From an uncultured Catonella sp. (GTDB lineage Bacteria; Bacillota; Clostridia; Lachnospirales; Lachnospiraceae), in NCBI GenBank assembly GCA_916439065.1, contig CAKAGD010000001.1, forward strand, positions 61,778 to 125,777: 64,000 bases of DNA, written 5' to 3'. The stretch's first letter is position 1; the number at the start of each line of letters is the position of its first letter. The notes beneath the pieces are model-generated. The model had not been told where the DNA came from and did not search any database. It was given only the letters and a program-made list of their open reading frames with translations. Positions 43,288-55,443 of this stretch are shown here, one piece after another. A program made the position numbers and the translations under genes.

Positions 43288-44002
43288 ATGGAAGAGAAAG
43301 GGAATATAGTAAACAAGTTAAAGAAGATTATTAATGTTAACGGGCCGCATTTTTTAGGAAAAAATCCATATCAGACATATATAGAATTGATTGAAGATGG
43401 TGCAGTAGACAGAAAAACAGCCGGTGCAATACTGTGTTTCTTGGTAAACGGCCTATCTAAATATCTAGATTCCCAAAACGATATCACTGAATTAACTAAA
43501 ATAATACAAGATGAATGTGGATTTAATGAAGATATATCTTATAGTATAGCAGAGATATTTGTTAATTTGTACTCAAAAGAGAATGTTAAAATGGAAAAGC
43601 AAAGAAAAAGAAGGACTAAAACATTTTTTAAATGATGAATTTACATATAAATGGACTGGGTTTACGATTTGGTATGTGAGTAATGTGAGCATGGACTGCC
43701 ATTACCAAGCAGAAATAGTATTATCTCCAACCCAAGATGTGATTAATGATCATGAACTTATGAAGTTGCTTGAGAAAAATCCATTTTTAAAAAAGAAAGC
43801 AATACGCGAATATTTTGAGGAAAAACTTAAGAGTTATCTAGATACTCGGTTTAATGAGTACTGTACTTGTGAAGAGTATTATGAACCCGATGTAGAAGAT
43901 TTTTATCTTGTCGATTGCGTAGAAGAATGGTGCAATATGAATGGCTTTAAGTTTATATCCTGTGATGGTAGTGGATATGATGACGGATATGAGCCAAATT
44001 AG
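43288..44002 (+). CDS. Hypothetical protein (one indel near 43585)
   Basis: GAGGT RBS; two overlapping ORFs that join at an A-run. Confidence 0.7.
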
Positions 44003-44121
44003 GGCTGCATTACTACCTGATTGGTATTAAAATATGGAAAAGTGTCAAAATAGGGGGATAAAAGTATTGGAAAACGCTCAGGAATTTGTAGAATAAAAAT
44101 CATAGATAACAGGTTGCCACT

Positions 44122-44389
44122 ATGAGAAGAATCAAAACTAGAACCTTTACAGGAACCACATACACAGCCGTTTCTGAGCGTGAGAAGCCTTGGAATGGAG
44201 ATTGCAAGGGAAACTGCGGCAGCAGGCTGTATGAGGGCGGGAAATGATGTGGTTATGCCGGGCTGTGAAAATGATCAGGTAAACCTAACTGCTGAGCTTG
44301 ATCTTGGTACTCTTAAGGAAGAAGATCTTGAAGCCTGCGTATCAAGGCTTGTAAGATGCATGCTGCAATCTAATGAATATGAAGAATAG
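44122..44389 (+). pseudogene. GH3 beta-glucosidase remnant (N-terminal stub joined to C-terminal end)
   Basis: MRRIKTRTFTGTTYTAVSEREK joined out of frame to AAGCMRAGNDVVMPG...LEACVSRLV. Confidence 0.65.
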
Positions 44390-44463
44390 ATTAAATAAGT
44401 TAGCTCGCATGTTAGGCAATGGCTGAAATGCACGTAGTAACACTAAGAAATCATATATAACAT

Positions 44464-44509
44464 AAAAGAACAGGGGCCTGACGTTTGACCGTTAGCCCCT
44501 GTTCTTTTT
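44464..44509. terminator. Bidirectional intrinsic terminator
   Basis: aaaagaacaggggc / gcccctgttctttt. Confidence 0.8.
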
Positions 44510-44638
44510 ATTGGCAGTTTATCTCAAATTCTTTGCTTGTAAAGCAACTTAGTGAAATTAGGACAATCACTATAGTAACTTTTACTTGGTAAATGCGTGA
44601 ACATTACTGTAATTATCAAGGGTCAGTGTTTACCTTGT

Positions 44639-47600
44639 TTACTTCTTAATATTCACCGTTTTTGTATATCTTCCCTTATACTTGCCCTTTCCGAGGATAA
44701 TGATTTTTATCTTGTCCTTCATCTTCCTAAAGAATACCTCGTAGTCTCTTCCCGCTTTTAGTCCTTTGATACTGATTTTGATATGTTCAATATCTTTATT
44801 AATCTTAAATGAGCCAAGATTAATCTTAAGTTTCTTATACGCCTTCTTTATGAAGGTTTTAATGTCCTTATTCTTTGCCTTTTTGTCAAGGGCATTAAGC
44901 TTCTTTTCGATATTTTCAAGGACTTTTAGCTTCTTTTCAAATGACGCTAGAGCCGTCTGTTTTTCATCAAGAATGGTAATCTGTTTTTCAAGCTTATCTT
45001 CCATTTCTTGCATTTTGCCAATAGCCTTATCGCCGTCTTTATTCTCTGGGAGCTTATTTGTGCCAGCCGGCATGAGTGAAGGCTGTGGGTAATAAGAACC
45101 CGTACCAGACGAAGGCTCAGGAGGTGTAGGTGGAGTCGAAGGAGTTGGAGGTGTAACAGGTGGAGTTTCAGGCTGTTTAGTAGATGAGACCTTCTCGGTT
45201 TCTATCCTCATCATGTACATGCCAAGTTCGCCTGCTTCATACCAGGCGCCGTTTATCAGCTTAAATATCTTGCCTTCTCCCCTTGTACTTTCATCAACTG
45301 CTATTCTAGGTACAGTATCGCCCTCACCAACCTGAGTGTAGGCTACATAGATATCTCCTTTTACAAATAAATCAGGGATGACTATGTCGGTAAAATTGTT
45401 GTCAGCTGTTACAGTGGCCTTAACAGGTCCAAGTAAAATGTTTCCAGGATACCCATCTTTCTCGTTCTCTCCGTAAATGCTGTAGGTAAAAGGCTTTCCT
45501 ACAATGCTTTCAGCAGTTGCCTTTTTTAGTCCGAAGCGAAGCTTTTTAAGAAGGATTTCTTCGTCAAAATGATATTTTACTGCAACGCTGCCACCATTTT
45601 TTAGAGGTGCCAGAATCTTTGCATTAGCGAAGTCTCCGCCATCATTTGCTATCTCTTTCTTCTCACCGTCTGTAACAAGCCTTGTAAGTACGATGGTAGG
45701 AAGGGAGGTATTATCTTTAATAGTTACCATCTTCTCGTAGGTCCTATATCCGGCTGCAAGGACGATGACCTTATACTCACCTTCGGGAATATTTGTGAGT
45801 ATGACAGTTGATTTGGAGGAGGAAATGTACTTAGGAATATTGCTTCCTTTTTCATATATCTTTACATCACTTTTTACGCTGTTACCTTCGTTATCTTTAA
45901 TATCAAAAGATAAACCATAGGTTTCAAGTGAAGCCATAAGGATGTCCTGCTTAAGCTCTTTTCCCTCTTCAAGAGTAATCGTAACAGGCTTAGACTTGTA
46001 ATTATCGTTATATGCGACCACTGTGTAAGTGCCTGCAGGGTGCTTTATTAAGAACCTTCCGCTGCCTGCCTCACTTCTTACATAGGTATTGGTCTCAAGT
46101 ATCTTCACGATGGCAGCAGAAGGGATGGTAGAGGTGGTAGTGGTATTTTCACCTGCTTCATAGAACTTTGTTCCAAGCAGAGTGAATCTCTCTCCTGAAA
46201 TATCTATAGGAGTAATAGTCTCAGGGTTTTTAATAGTTTCATCAGAGGCATACTCACCGCCGGCATTGTAGGCTGCTTCTTCGTTTATAGCGTTTGCCGT
46301 ATTAGTGGTTGTTGAAGCTTTTTCGTTTATAGCTTGTGACTCATTATTTGCTACAGGTGCTTCTGTTACACCAGCTGTATCGAAAATTGCAACATCATCA
46401 ATGTACCAACCTGCTCCAGAATAGTCGTTACCTGATTTAAGTACAAATTTCATCTGAAATGAATCTTTTAAGAACTTAGGCTCTATCTCAATTCCATCCA
46501 GAATCCAAGCAGAGCTTATTCTCTGATGACCGTTGATGTTTCTATTATCTATGTTGTCATTTAAGTTTAAGGCTTTTTCCCACTCGCTTTCAGCAGTCTT
46601 AAACCAAATTTCATAGCTATCGGTATCCTCACTACCTATATTATACCAATTCTGATAATAGAGATTGGCTTTTTTTATGTTAGATAAGTTAATTACAGGT
46701 GAAACCAATTCGTAAGTTGAATTATGTTTTCTGTCTATGTTAAGCCCTGTCATAAAGACATTAGGGCTATTAGGATTCTTTGTTTTTAATGAATCGAGTG
46801 ATGGACCTTTAGAATAAGCATGGTTTATCTGTCCTCTTTCCCATTTTATATCGGAAGAAGAAGTCCAACCTTGGTTATCCTGTTCAAAATCAAATGACTG
46901 AATCTTATTACCCTTGGTAAAAGTAATTGACACAGGTTCACTAAGTTCGCTCTCAATACTTCCTTTAATGGAAGCAACCTTATAATAGTAACTGCCTTCC
47001 TGTGGAAGAGGGATATCCTCGATATGGTATGTATGAGTAGAGAGCTTTTGTTCGTTTACCTTTTCATAATTGCCATCTATGGTTTTGGAGCGGTAGAGGG
47101 CATATTTTGTGATAGCTGGATCGCTTATCTTTTCAAAATGAACCCTCACCTTTCCTGAACCAGCATAGTTCTCGGCGGAAAGTCCTTTACTTGGAGGAAG
47201 AGGTGCCTCGCCTGAAAGGGCTTCAAGCTTGAAATCATCTATATAGTAGCCTGCGGCATCCCTCTTGCTGTAGCCTGACCACCTGAGGGCAAACATTACA
47301 ATGATTTTTTTGCCCTTGTAAGGAGAGAGGTCGATATGGCGCTCTTCCCAGGTACGCTTGCTGAAACGGTTGATAAGTGCAGGCTCCTTAGGGTATGAAA
47401 TTTCTCTACCGAGGAATCGTTGCTATTTAGTTCACCTATCCAAACTTCAGCAGTATCTGGAGAGCTTCCCATATAGTTGTCAAGCTCTGACCAGTCCTTA
47501 AAGCTTAGGTCTACATCGGTGTTTACATCGCTTAGGTCAATAGGAGGGCTGATTAATAAAGAATTCACCAAGCCTTCATAGTTCCCATTAAGTCTTGTGC

Positions 47601-49437
47601 CTACTACATTTGAGCCACTTGGCACTGATTTTGGTCCATAGGTTGGCACTCCGACCTCCCACATAGGAGTCTTTCCACCAAAGACAAAGCCGTCTGCACC
47701 ATTCTCAAAATCATTGGAATATCCTGGCTTTATGCCTGTTTCAACAGTGGCTTGGATGGTATCGGTCTTATATTTATTATCTGAGTAGTCGACAGCCTCA
47801 ATATAGTAGCTTGCATTTCCCACCGGTAAATCAGAAGGATGGACGGTAACGGTATAAGTTCCACTCTTTTTATTACCTGAGTAGAGTTCAAAGCTTCTTG
47901 AATTAAATGTCTCAGCCACTTCTGATTTGTAGTAAAGAGTCACGCTTTTAACGCCTACATCGTCAGAAACCTTAGCTTCAAACTCAAAGTCGTAGGCGTT
48001 ATACAGCTTCTTAGGTGTTGTCGCTTCGATAGTAGGGGGTACATTGTCTGTATCTGAAATAAGGGTTTGTCCCGTAAATGTAGCGAACTTGTCTACATCC
48101 TTTCCAAGAGCTGCTTCCACAGCCTTAAATACATTCAGTTTGCCGTAACCATAGCCCATATTTGGCGAGCTTATATAATGGTCATCCGTAAGAGGGGTGG
48201 CAGTTGTTTTTAAGATTTCTTCCACCTTATCAACGGTTAAGTTTCTATTTGCTTCGAGGATTAGGGCTACTGCACCGCTAACATGAGGCGCAGCCATAGA
48301 GGTTCCTGTTTTAAGCACATAACCACCCTTGTAGTCAGCAGAGAGGATATTTACTCCGGGTGCGGAGATCTCAGGCTTAAACTTATTGGTTAACTTGGAA
48401 GGGCCTCTAAGAGAGAACTTGGCTAGTTTATCATCCTTAGTTAATGCACCTACCGAGAATGAGTCTTCTAAAGAAGCAGGACTTCCGATGGAGCCTTCAC
48501 CGCCTGCATTATAACTTCCTGTATTACCGGCAGAAAAAATAGGAACTATTCCTGCTGCCTTCCATTTTTTAACAATGTCATCGTAGAAGCTGTCGTCCCT
48601 GTTACCACCCCAAGAGTTATTAACAACCTGTGGCTTTTTCTCAAGTATCCACTGTCCTGCGGCAAGAAGTCCATCATCGCTTGCCTCTCCTTCTTTGTTA
48701 AATACTCTGGCAACTATGAGCTTTGCATCCTTTGCTATACCTATAGTTCGTCCTAAAATGGTACCTGCAACATGGGTTCCATGTCCGGTTTCATCTATTG
48801 GTTCTGTATTTGTGGGTTCAACAAAGTCTTTGAAGCCACCAGGTAAGAGTGCATCCTGGAGTTCTGGGTGATTTGCATTTACACCGGAATCAATAATACC
48901 GACTACAATATCTTTTCCGGTCTTTGTCACGCGGTCTGCCTGTATAGACTCAAGGTTCCAAGGCACACCTGCTTCTGCCAGAGTATTTTTATGTTTTATA
49001 TTTTCTTCTTTGTCTGAAATAATGGTATGATTTAAGCGAATGCTTTCTACATCACTCCTACGGGCGATTTTCTCTATGAGTTCTGCCTTTCCCTTGATGT
49101 AGATACTGTTTATAATGAAGAATGAATTGTACTCGGATATGTCTCCGTCTTTTACTTTTCTTTCAATAAATGAAATAAGGTTTTCCTGACTTTTTTCACT
49201 TGTGTCCCTTAGGGTATCCACGACATCTTCGGGCTTTACCTTAGTTAAGTCTGCCTCTGCCTTCAAGGTGACTATGAATTCGACCTCTTTAGACGCTGGG
49301 ACTTTTTGCAGTGATTTTTCTATCTTATCCAAATAAGTGGAATCTGTTTTTGCAAATAGATTCATAGGAAAGATAGAAATCACCAAGAATAATACAAGAA
49401 ATAGTGATAGTGCTTTGGTAGATTTTCTGACTTTCAT
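44639..49437 (-). CDS. Large secreted S8 serine protease, bacillopeptidase F-like (~1600 aa, one indel near 47400)
   Basis: Signal peptide, propeptide, catalytic triad IIDSG / GHGTHVAG / GTSMAAPH; alternative frame WEERHIDLSPYKGK joins the two ORFs; GWYIDD motifs. Confidence 0.88.
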
Positions 49438-49731
49438 GTTACTGTCTTCCTTTCTCTTTGTCAAAAATGCAAAATTTAGTCTAGCAAAGGGATAGAAAAA
49501 ATGCAATATAATAGTTAGATAAATCTAACTTATTGATAAAAAAAGTCAATATGACTAAATATGATATAGTATAAGAGGAGAGAATTTTGTTGACCTAGAA
49601 CAGGTTCCTGTCGGTTAGTGTAAGTTTTAGTAAAATATTCGTGTAATTTAGTGTAAATATCCGCACGAAAAACCTTTATTTTTACACGAATATTTGCTAT
49701 ACTTAAATCAGCAAATAGACGGAGGGTGGTT

Positions 49732-51027
49732 ATGGATAGAAAAATTATGAATTATTTTAAGAATTGGAAAGACAATCCGCATCGTAAACCGCTTATTTTA
49801 CAGGGGGCAAGGCAGGTTGGTAAAACTTACTCTATCCTTGAATTTGGAAGAAATTGCTATGAAAATGTTGTGTATTTTAATTTTGAAACCAATCCAAAGC
49901 TAAGTGAAACCTTCGAAGAAAATATAGCACCTGATTATCTTATTCCGATTTTATCACATATTTCAGGTCAGACTATTGTAAAGGAAAAGACTTTGATTGT
50001 CTTTGATGAGGTACAGCTTTGTGAGAGGGCGTTAACTTCACTTAAATATTTTTGTGAGGATGCCCCTGAATACCATATCATTGTAGCGGGAAGTCTGCTT
50101 GGAGTTGCGGTAAATAGAGAGAAGTTTTCGTTCCCTGTAGGAAAAGTTGACCTAAAAACGCTTTATCCAATGGATATTGAAGAGTTTATGCTTGCGCTCG
50201 GTGAGGATGAACTTGTTGAACAAATCAAAAAATGCTTTGATGAGGATAAAGCAATGCCATCGGCCTTACACGATGCCGCTATGGGACTATACAGGCAATA
50301 TCTGGTTGTGGGAGGTATGCCAGAATGTGTACTCCAATATGTGGGGACAAAGGATTATATTCTTGTAAGACACACTCAGGAAACCCTGCTTGCAAGTTAT
50401 TTAAATGATATGAGCAAATACAATAATCTTAATGAAATCAAGAAGACAAGGCTTACATATGACAATATAACTGTTCAGTTATCAAAGAAAAATACCAGAT
50501 TTCAGTATAAGCTTATTAAAAAGGGAGGCAGAGCTGCTGAATTTGAAAATGCCATAGAATGGCTGTGCTTGTCAGGAATCGCATCACAGGTGTATAAGGT
50601 AGAGCAGATAAAAAAGCCACTGGAGAATTATCGTGATATTGATTCTTTTAAGATTTATGTATCGGATACAGGCTTGCTGTGTGCCAAAAAGGACTTACAT
50701 GCGAGTGATATCTTGTATATGTCGGATGAGTTAGATGATTTTAAGGGTGGTATGGCTGAAAATTATGTCAATATACAGCTCTTAATAAATGAATACAAGA
50801 CATATTACTGGGAATCCGAGCGTGGGGCGGAAGTTGACTTTATCATACAAAGAGAAGGAAAACTCATTCCCGTTGAAGTAAAGTCTGCGGATAATACAAG
50901 GGCTAAGAGCCTGAAAATGTATATGGATACCTATAAGCCTGAATATGCCATCAAGCTTTCTGCGAAAAATTTTGCTTTTGAAGATGGGAAAAAAATAGTT
51001 CCACTTTATGCTGCATTTTGTATATAA
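49732..51027 (+). CDS. AAA_14 / DUF4143-type ATP-binding protein
   Basis: GARQVGKT, FDEVQ, AGSLLG, VGGMPE, EVDFI...PVEVKS. Confidence 0.92.
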   Translation: MDRKIMNYFKNWKDNPHRKPLILQGARQVGKTYSILEFGRNCYENVVYFNFETNPKLSETFEENIAPDYLIPILSHISGQTIVKEKTLIVFDEVQLCERALTSLKYFCEDAPEYHIIVAGSLLGVAVNREKFSFPVGKVDLKTLYPMDIEEFMLALGEDELVEQIKKCFDEDKAMPSALHDAAMGLYRQYLVVGGMPECVLQYVGTKDYILVRHTQETLLASYLNDMSKYNNLNEIKKTRLTYDNITVQLSKKNTRFQYKLIKKGGRAAEFENAIEWLCLSGIASQVYKVEQIKKPLENYRDIDSFKIYVSDTGLLCAKKDLHASDILYMSDELDDFKGGMAENYVNIQLLINEYKTYYWESERGAEVDFIIQREGKLIPVEVKSADNTRAKSLKMYMDTYKPEYAIKLSAKNFAFEDGKKIVPLYAAFCI

Positions 51028-51032
51028 AAAAC

Positions 51033-51065
51033 GAAGAGGGCACCTCATAGCCGGTAGCCCTCTTC
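51033..51065. terminator. Hairpin between convergent genes
   Basis: gaagagggc / gccctcttc with an A-run on the left. Confidence 0.65.
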
Positions 51066-51071
51066 ATCCTA

Positions 51072-52423
51072 TTAACTGAGATTTTTCCTAAAAACCATTT
51101 TTACCTCGGCGCCGCTTTTTATATCTGAATAATTCTTTAAGTACAAATCTCCATCATTTGCAGTAACTATCCTTTTTACGATTGACAGACCGATACCATG
51201 TTTTGAAGTCTCATCAGTCTCCTTGCTTGATATGAATTTTTCGGTAAGTACAGGGATTAGACTCTCATCAAAGCCGTTTCCTTCATCCCTTATAACTATT
51301 TCAAACTGAGTTACAGTGTCGTTAAATGCAACTGATATATCAGTACCATTTGATGAATGTTCGACAGAGTTGTTTACAATGTTTTGCAAAGCTACGGCTA
51401 TTGCTTCCTTATCAAGCTTTACCTCTGAAGAGTTCCTTTGCGCTATATTCACATTAAACTCATTTGCCCTGCATATGGCTGAAATTACATCTATCCAGTA
51501 ATCAATAACGCTCTCGCTTACTGTATCCTTCTTACCCTCTATTAGATATGAAAAGTTCGTTAGCTTACGAATATAGCTTTCAAGCCTTGTCATACCGTTT
51601 GTAATATCAGCAAACCTCTCAGATGAAAGGTCAGGGTTTCCTCCTGTAAAAGCTCAAAATTGCCCTTTATTAGGGTGATAGGAGTGCGGATGTCATGTAC
51701 AACTGAGTCTATCAGCTCTTTTTGAGCATTTTGTATATCCCACTGTCTGTTAAGTGAGGCTTTCAGATTATTTGCAAGTACATCAATGGAGGTAAGCACA
51801 CCGTCTATTTCCCTGTATTTAGAGGACTCCCTTGTGTAATCCAAATCCATCTTTTTAATATTTTCATTGGCAGAGGCAATCTTTTTAATTTCTCTTCTCA
51901 ACAGCTTTGACAGCCTTATAATTAGCAGAACAAATCCAACCATCCATATAAACAGGGTGATAAGGATGTAGAGGCTTTCAAAGTTGTTCACAAGCTTGTA
52001 CAGGCCTTCGATTGCAAATATTGCACTGACACGGTATTTTATTACCAGAGTTTTACCGCCCTTTGTATAAGCCTTAAAATACTTGGCTCCTATTATCGTA
52101 TTGGTGGATGATGAGCCCGTTTTTAAGGCCATTTCTACCTCTGCCTTATAATTATCTCCTATGGTATCCTGTATTACTCTGCCATTTTCCATATACAGAT
52201 AATCATAATAAAACGGGATATCACTCACATTCAGGTTGCCCCCGTTAAACTCTTTTTCGATGATGGAGGCATTTGAACTTGCATAGTTGGCAGGGTAGAT
52301 GATGCCGTTAACTGCAAGTAAACTAAGGCCTGCAAAGAAAAGTATAATGACTCCAAAGGTATAGGCAAGCTCAAGAGCCGCATATTTCCAGACTAAATAT
52401 GTTAAACTTCTTTTATTTCCCAT
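51072..52423 (-). CDS. Sensor histidine kinase (LanK/SpaK-like; one indel near 51620)
   Basis: Two TM helices, HDIRTPIT H-box, N-box NIVNNS, DEGNGF, GIGLSI. Confidence 0.88.
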
Positions 52424-53070
52424 TGATAACCCACTCCCCATATAGTTTTAATCGGATCTATATTAAACATTGCAAATTTACTCCTTATCAGCTTAACTCT
52501 CTCGGTTATGGTAGTAGAGCTGTCGCCCTCTGCATCATAACCATAAATTGTAGTATAGATTTTCTCTTTTGAAAATACAGAGTTTCTATTCTTTAAGAGG
52601 AGCTCGCAGATTTCATATTCGCTGTTTGTAAGCTCAACTACCATATCGCCACAAAAGATTTTCTTAGAAAGCAAATCGCAGGATATAGGATAATCTACAA
52701 GTCTTGAGTGTCTTTCCCTCTTTTCACGCCTTATATGGGCGGCTATCCTTGCTCTGATTTCAGCCAGAGAAAAAGGCTTGGTAAGGTAATCATCTGCGCC
52801 TAGGGCAAGCCCCTCAAGCTTATCCTTTTCAAAATCCTTTGCTGTAAGCAGGATAATGGGGGCGTCTACAAGGCTCCTGTATTTTGCAAGGAAGTCAAAG
52901 CCGCTCATTTCATCCATCATAACATCAAGAATAATAAGGTCATACTTACCAAGCACTTCAGGCTTCACAGACTTTGCCAGGGGAGCGGTATCAACTTCGT
53001 ACTCCTTTTCAAAAGTCAGCTTAAGGAGCTTTAGCAAATCCTTATCATCATCAATTATCAGAAGTCTCAT
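52402..53070 (-). CDS. OmpR-family response regulator (LanR/SpaR-like)
   Basis: IIDDD, LDVMM, GADDYLTKPF, TIWGVGY. Confidence 0.92.
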   Translation of the reverse strand: MRLLIIDDDKDLLKLLKLTFEKEYEVDTAPLAKSVKPEVLGKYDLIILDVMMDEMSGFDFLAKYRSLVDAPIILLTAKDFEKDKLEGLALGADDYLTKPFSLAEIRARIAAHIRREKRERHSRLVDYPISCDLLSKKIFCGDMVVELTNSEYEICELLLKNRNSVFSKEKIYTTIYGYDAEGDSSTTITERVKLIRSKFAMFNIDPIKTIWGVGYQWEIKEV

Positions 53071-53071
53071 C

Positions 53072-53802
53072 TCATTCCTCCATCTTAGTAGTGCCGTCCC
53101 AATTATTATACCAAACAAAGCAGAGGTAAAGCCACTAAGGCTATAAAAAGGGCTAAGGCAAGAAAAAGCAGTACCTCTGTCGGTGTAAATTGCTGCCTTA
53201 TATACCCAAAAATCAGCTTAACAGGATAGACAAAGGGGCAAAAATACCAGATACCCGCTCCCAAGTCCGTTGTTCCAAGAAGAATGGCTGTGAGTGTAGA
53301 AATGGCTCCCACAAGTATGCTTCCGGAGTAGCTGTATTTGAGGCTAACGAACTGATAAATGGGGATAAGGCACATAAAAGTTACCGGGCAAATGCACACG
53401 CATAGGATAAAATGGATGTCTAAAACAGTTATACCCCTAAGTAATAAAAATGTCAAAAGAGGCAGGGTAGCAACTAGCTCGATTTCTACTACAAGCAGGA
53501 GGATAAAGAGAAATCTGGTAAGAAACAGCTTAATCCTGCCTATACCGCACCTTAAGTCGTTGGCATAGTTACCTGCCCTTTTGTCGATATCATACAGCAT
53601 TGGTACAAAGAAGCTGATTGAAAAGCAGGCAAGTATGGTAAATACAGCATAAAATGATGTGATTTCCTTTCCTTTTAGCAGGGCAGAGGTCTGCAGGTAG
53701 GCGGTGAAAATAAAGGAAAACAGCAGGGGGGCAGAGAAATACCACCACCCTGACAGGAGTCCTTTTGGTTCTCTTAAAGTAGGAGACTAAAATATTAAGC
53801 AT
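53072..53802 (-). CDS. Lantibiotic immunity ABC permease, LanG/MutG family (indels)
   Basis: KRT N-terminal motif, LGAGIWYFCPFVYPVKL, WYNNWDG C-terminus. Confidence 0.82.
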
Positions 53803-54549
53803 GGGTTTTTCTTCTTTCTTTAATCAAAATCAATATATCTGTGACCAGCCAAACAGCAACGCTGATTAATAAACCTGTGTAAACCGCTCCTATTTCCATC
53901 ATAGGAGAATCCGGGTTAAGGAAGGTGCCGTTTGGATGCACTCCTATAATGGGGCTTAGTATACGAAGGTTGTAAGCCCAGGGAAATAGCACCCAGTAGT
54001 TAGTAACTGCAATTACCGCAGATGGAAAGGTGAACAGGAAGTTGATTATAATAACGGGGAGCCTTTGTTAAACAGCCTGTATATAAGAAGTGATAAGGTG
54101 GCAATGGGCAGGCTTCCAACAAATAGACAAAGTGTGGCTATAATAAGTGTGTGAATGAAGATTGTTTCGCCAAGTATCATCTTCCCCACGATATATATGA
54201 GTAAAGATGAGATAAAAAGTATGACAAAAAGCTCTGAAAAAACTACGATATTCTTTGCTATCATCATCTTGCCTATGCTTAGATTCATACTGTTATACCT
54301 ACCAAGATGCTCTTGCTTTTCCTTAGCCATAATATTTACAGCTAAAAGGCTTAGGACAATAGGCAGAATCATAACAGGATACCAGTTAAATGATGTAGCT
54401 AAGATATAACTTTTTCCTTCAGGGCTTTGCCCCATAAGGCTTACCATAAGCAGGTTAAATACTACAAATACCACAGGTACAATGAATATAAGCTTTGAAT
54501 TTGCCCCTCTTTTTTCCTTGATAAATTCCGCTTTAATCATATTAATCAT
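53795..54549 (-). CDS. Lantibiotic immunity ABC permease, LanE/MutE/EpiE family (indel)
   Basis: IKAEFIKEKR, FNWY, PWAY.LR...IIGVHPNG. Confidence 0.85.
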
Positions 54550-55249
54550 TATTACTCACATCCTTTTTTATAATTTCCATAAATAAAGCTTCTAAGGTAT
54601 TGCTGTCTGTGTGATTCTCACCCTCATAGCTTAGATGGCCTTTGTTGATTATTCCGATTCTGTCTGCTACCTGCCAGACTTCACTCAAAATATGGCTTGA
54701 TAAAATGATTGTAATTCCCTGCCCTGCTAAAGATTTGATGAGTTCTCTAAGCTCCTGTATGCCAAGGGGGTCAAGTCCGTTAGTAGGCTCATCAAGGATG
54801 AGAAGGGATGGGGAGCCTATTAGTGCCATAGCAATTCCCAACCTTTGTTTCATACCCAAAGAGAATTCTTTTGCTATTTTTTTTGTATTATTTTCTAAGC
54901 CTACCAGATTCAGAACCTCGTTAATCCTTGATTTATCAATGTTTAGCAGGGTAGTAAGAACCTCCAAATTCTCGTAAGCTGTTAAGTTTAGGTAAATTGC
55001 AGGAGCTTCGATTATTGCACCTATCTTAAGTAAGTCGTCAGTATTTAGCTCGTGTCCTTCAAAGACAATACTGCCAGAGCTTTTAGGAATCATCCTTGTT
55101 ATCAGCTTTAAGAGTGTGGACTTACCGGCTCCGTTTGGACCAAGCAGACCGTATACACTGCCTTTTTCCACCTGAATAGATACATTGTTAAGGGCTGTTT
55201 GATGTTTGTACTTTTTGGTAAGCCCCTTTGTTTCAAGCATTATACTCAT
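54542..55249 (-). CDS. Lantibiotic protection ABC transporter ATPase, LanF family
   Basis: GPNGAGKST, IGAIIEAP (E-loop), FSLGMKQRL, LDEPTNGLDP. Confidence 0.9.
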   Translation of the reverse strand: MSIMLETKGLTKKYKHQTALNNVSIQVEKGSVYGLLGPNGAGKSTLLKLITRMIPKSSGSIVFEGHELNTDDLLKIGAIIEAPAIYLNLTAYENLEVLTTLLNIDKSRINEVLNLVGLENNTKKIAKEFSLGMKQRLGIAMALIGSPSLLILDEPTNGLDPLGIQELRELIKSLAGQGITIILSSHILSEVWQVADRIGIINKGHLSYEGENHTDSNTLEALFMEIIKKDVSNND

Positions 55250-55275
55250 GTTATTTCCTCCTTTTCTATGAAGGT

Positions 55276-55307
55276 AGTGTAAAACACAAAAATAACTAAA
55301 TTATAAC
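55276..55307 (-). promoter_or_regulatory. Putative regulator-dependent promoter of the lanFEG-RK operon
   Basis: GTTAT direct repeat with 11-bp period on the minus strand (55292, 55303), upstream of a TACACT -10 box. Confidence 0.4.
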
Positions 55308-55443
55308 CGGAATAATATTTTTTAAAAAGTGTAAAGCAGGAAATACTTGTCCTATGACAATTTTATCTTGTAACTTCTACGCATTTCATTTAAAATATAG
55401 TACAGGACGACTATAGCTTGTGGGATAATATAGGAGAAGAATT

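Noticed and set aside
12818..44002. Canonical integron
   Set aside because: No IntI or other tyrosine recombinase in the window, no clear RYYYAAC/GTTRRRY-bounded site after each gene, and most genes lack any repeat. Co-orientation can be explained by leading-strand bias alone.
19103..44100. Short degenerate look-alikes of the element terminus in ordinary spacers (e.g. aaattcatctttgg ~19114, aagttctatttga ~26374, tagaattt ~35285 and ~37245)
   Set aside because: Too short and AT-rich to separate from chance by eye; a MEME/FIMO test on all spacers against shuffled controls would be needed
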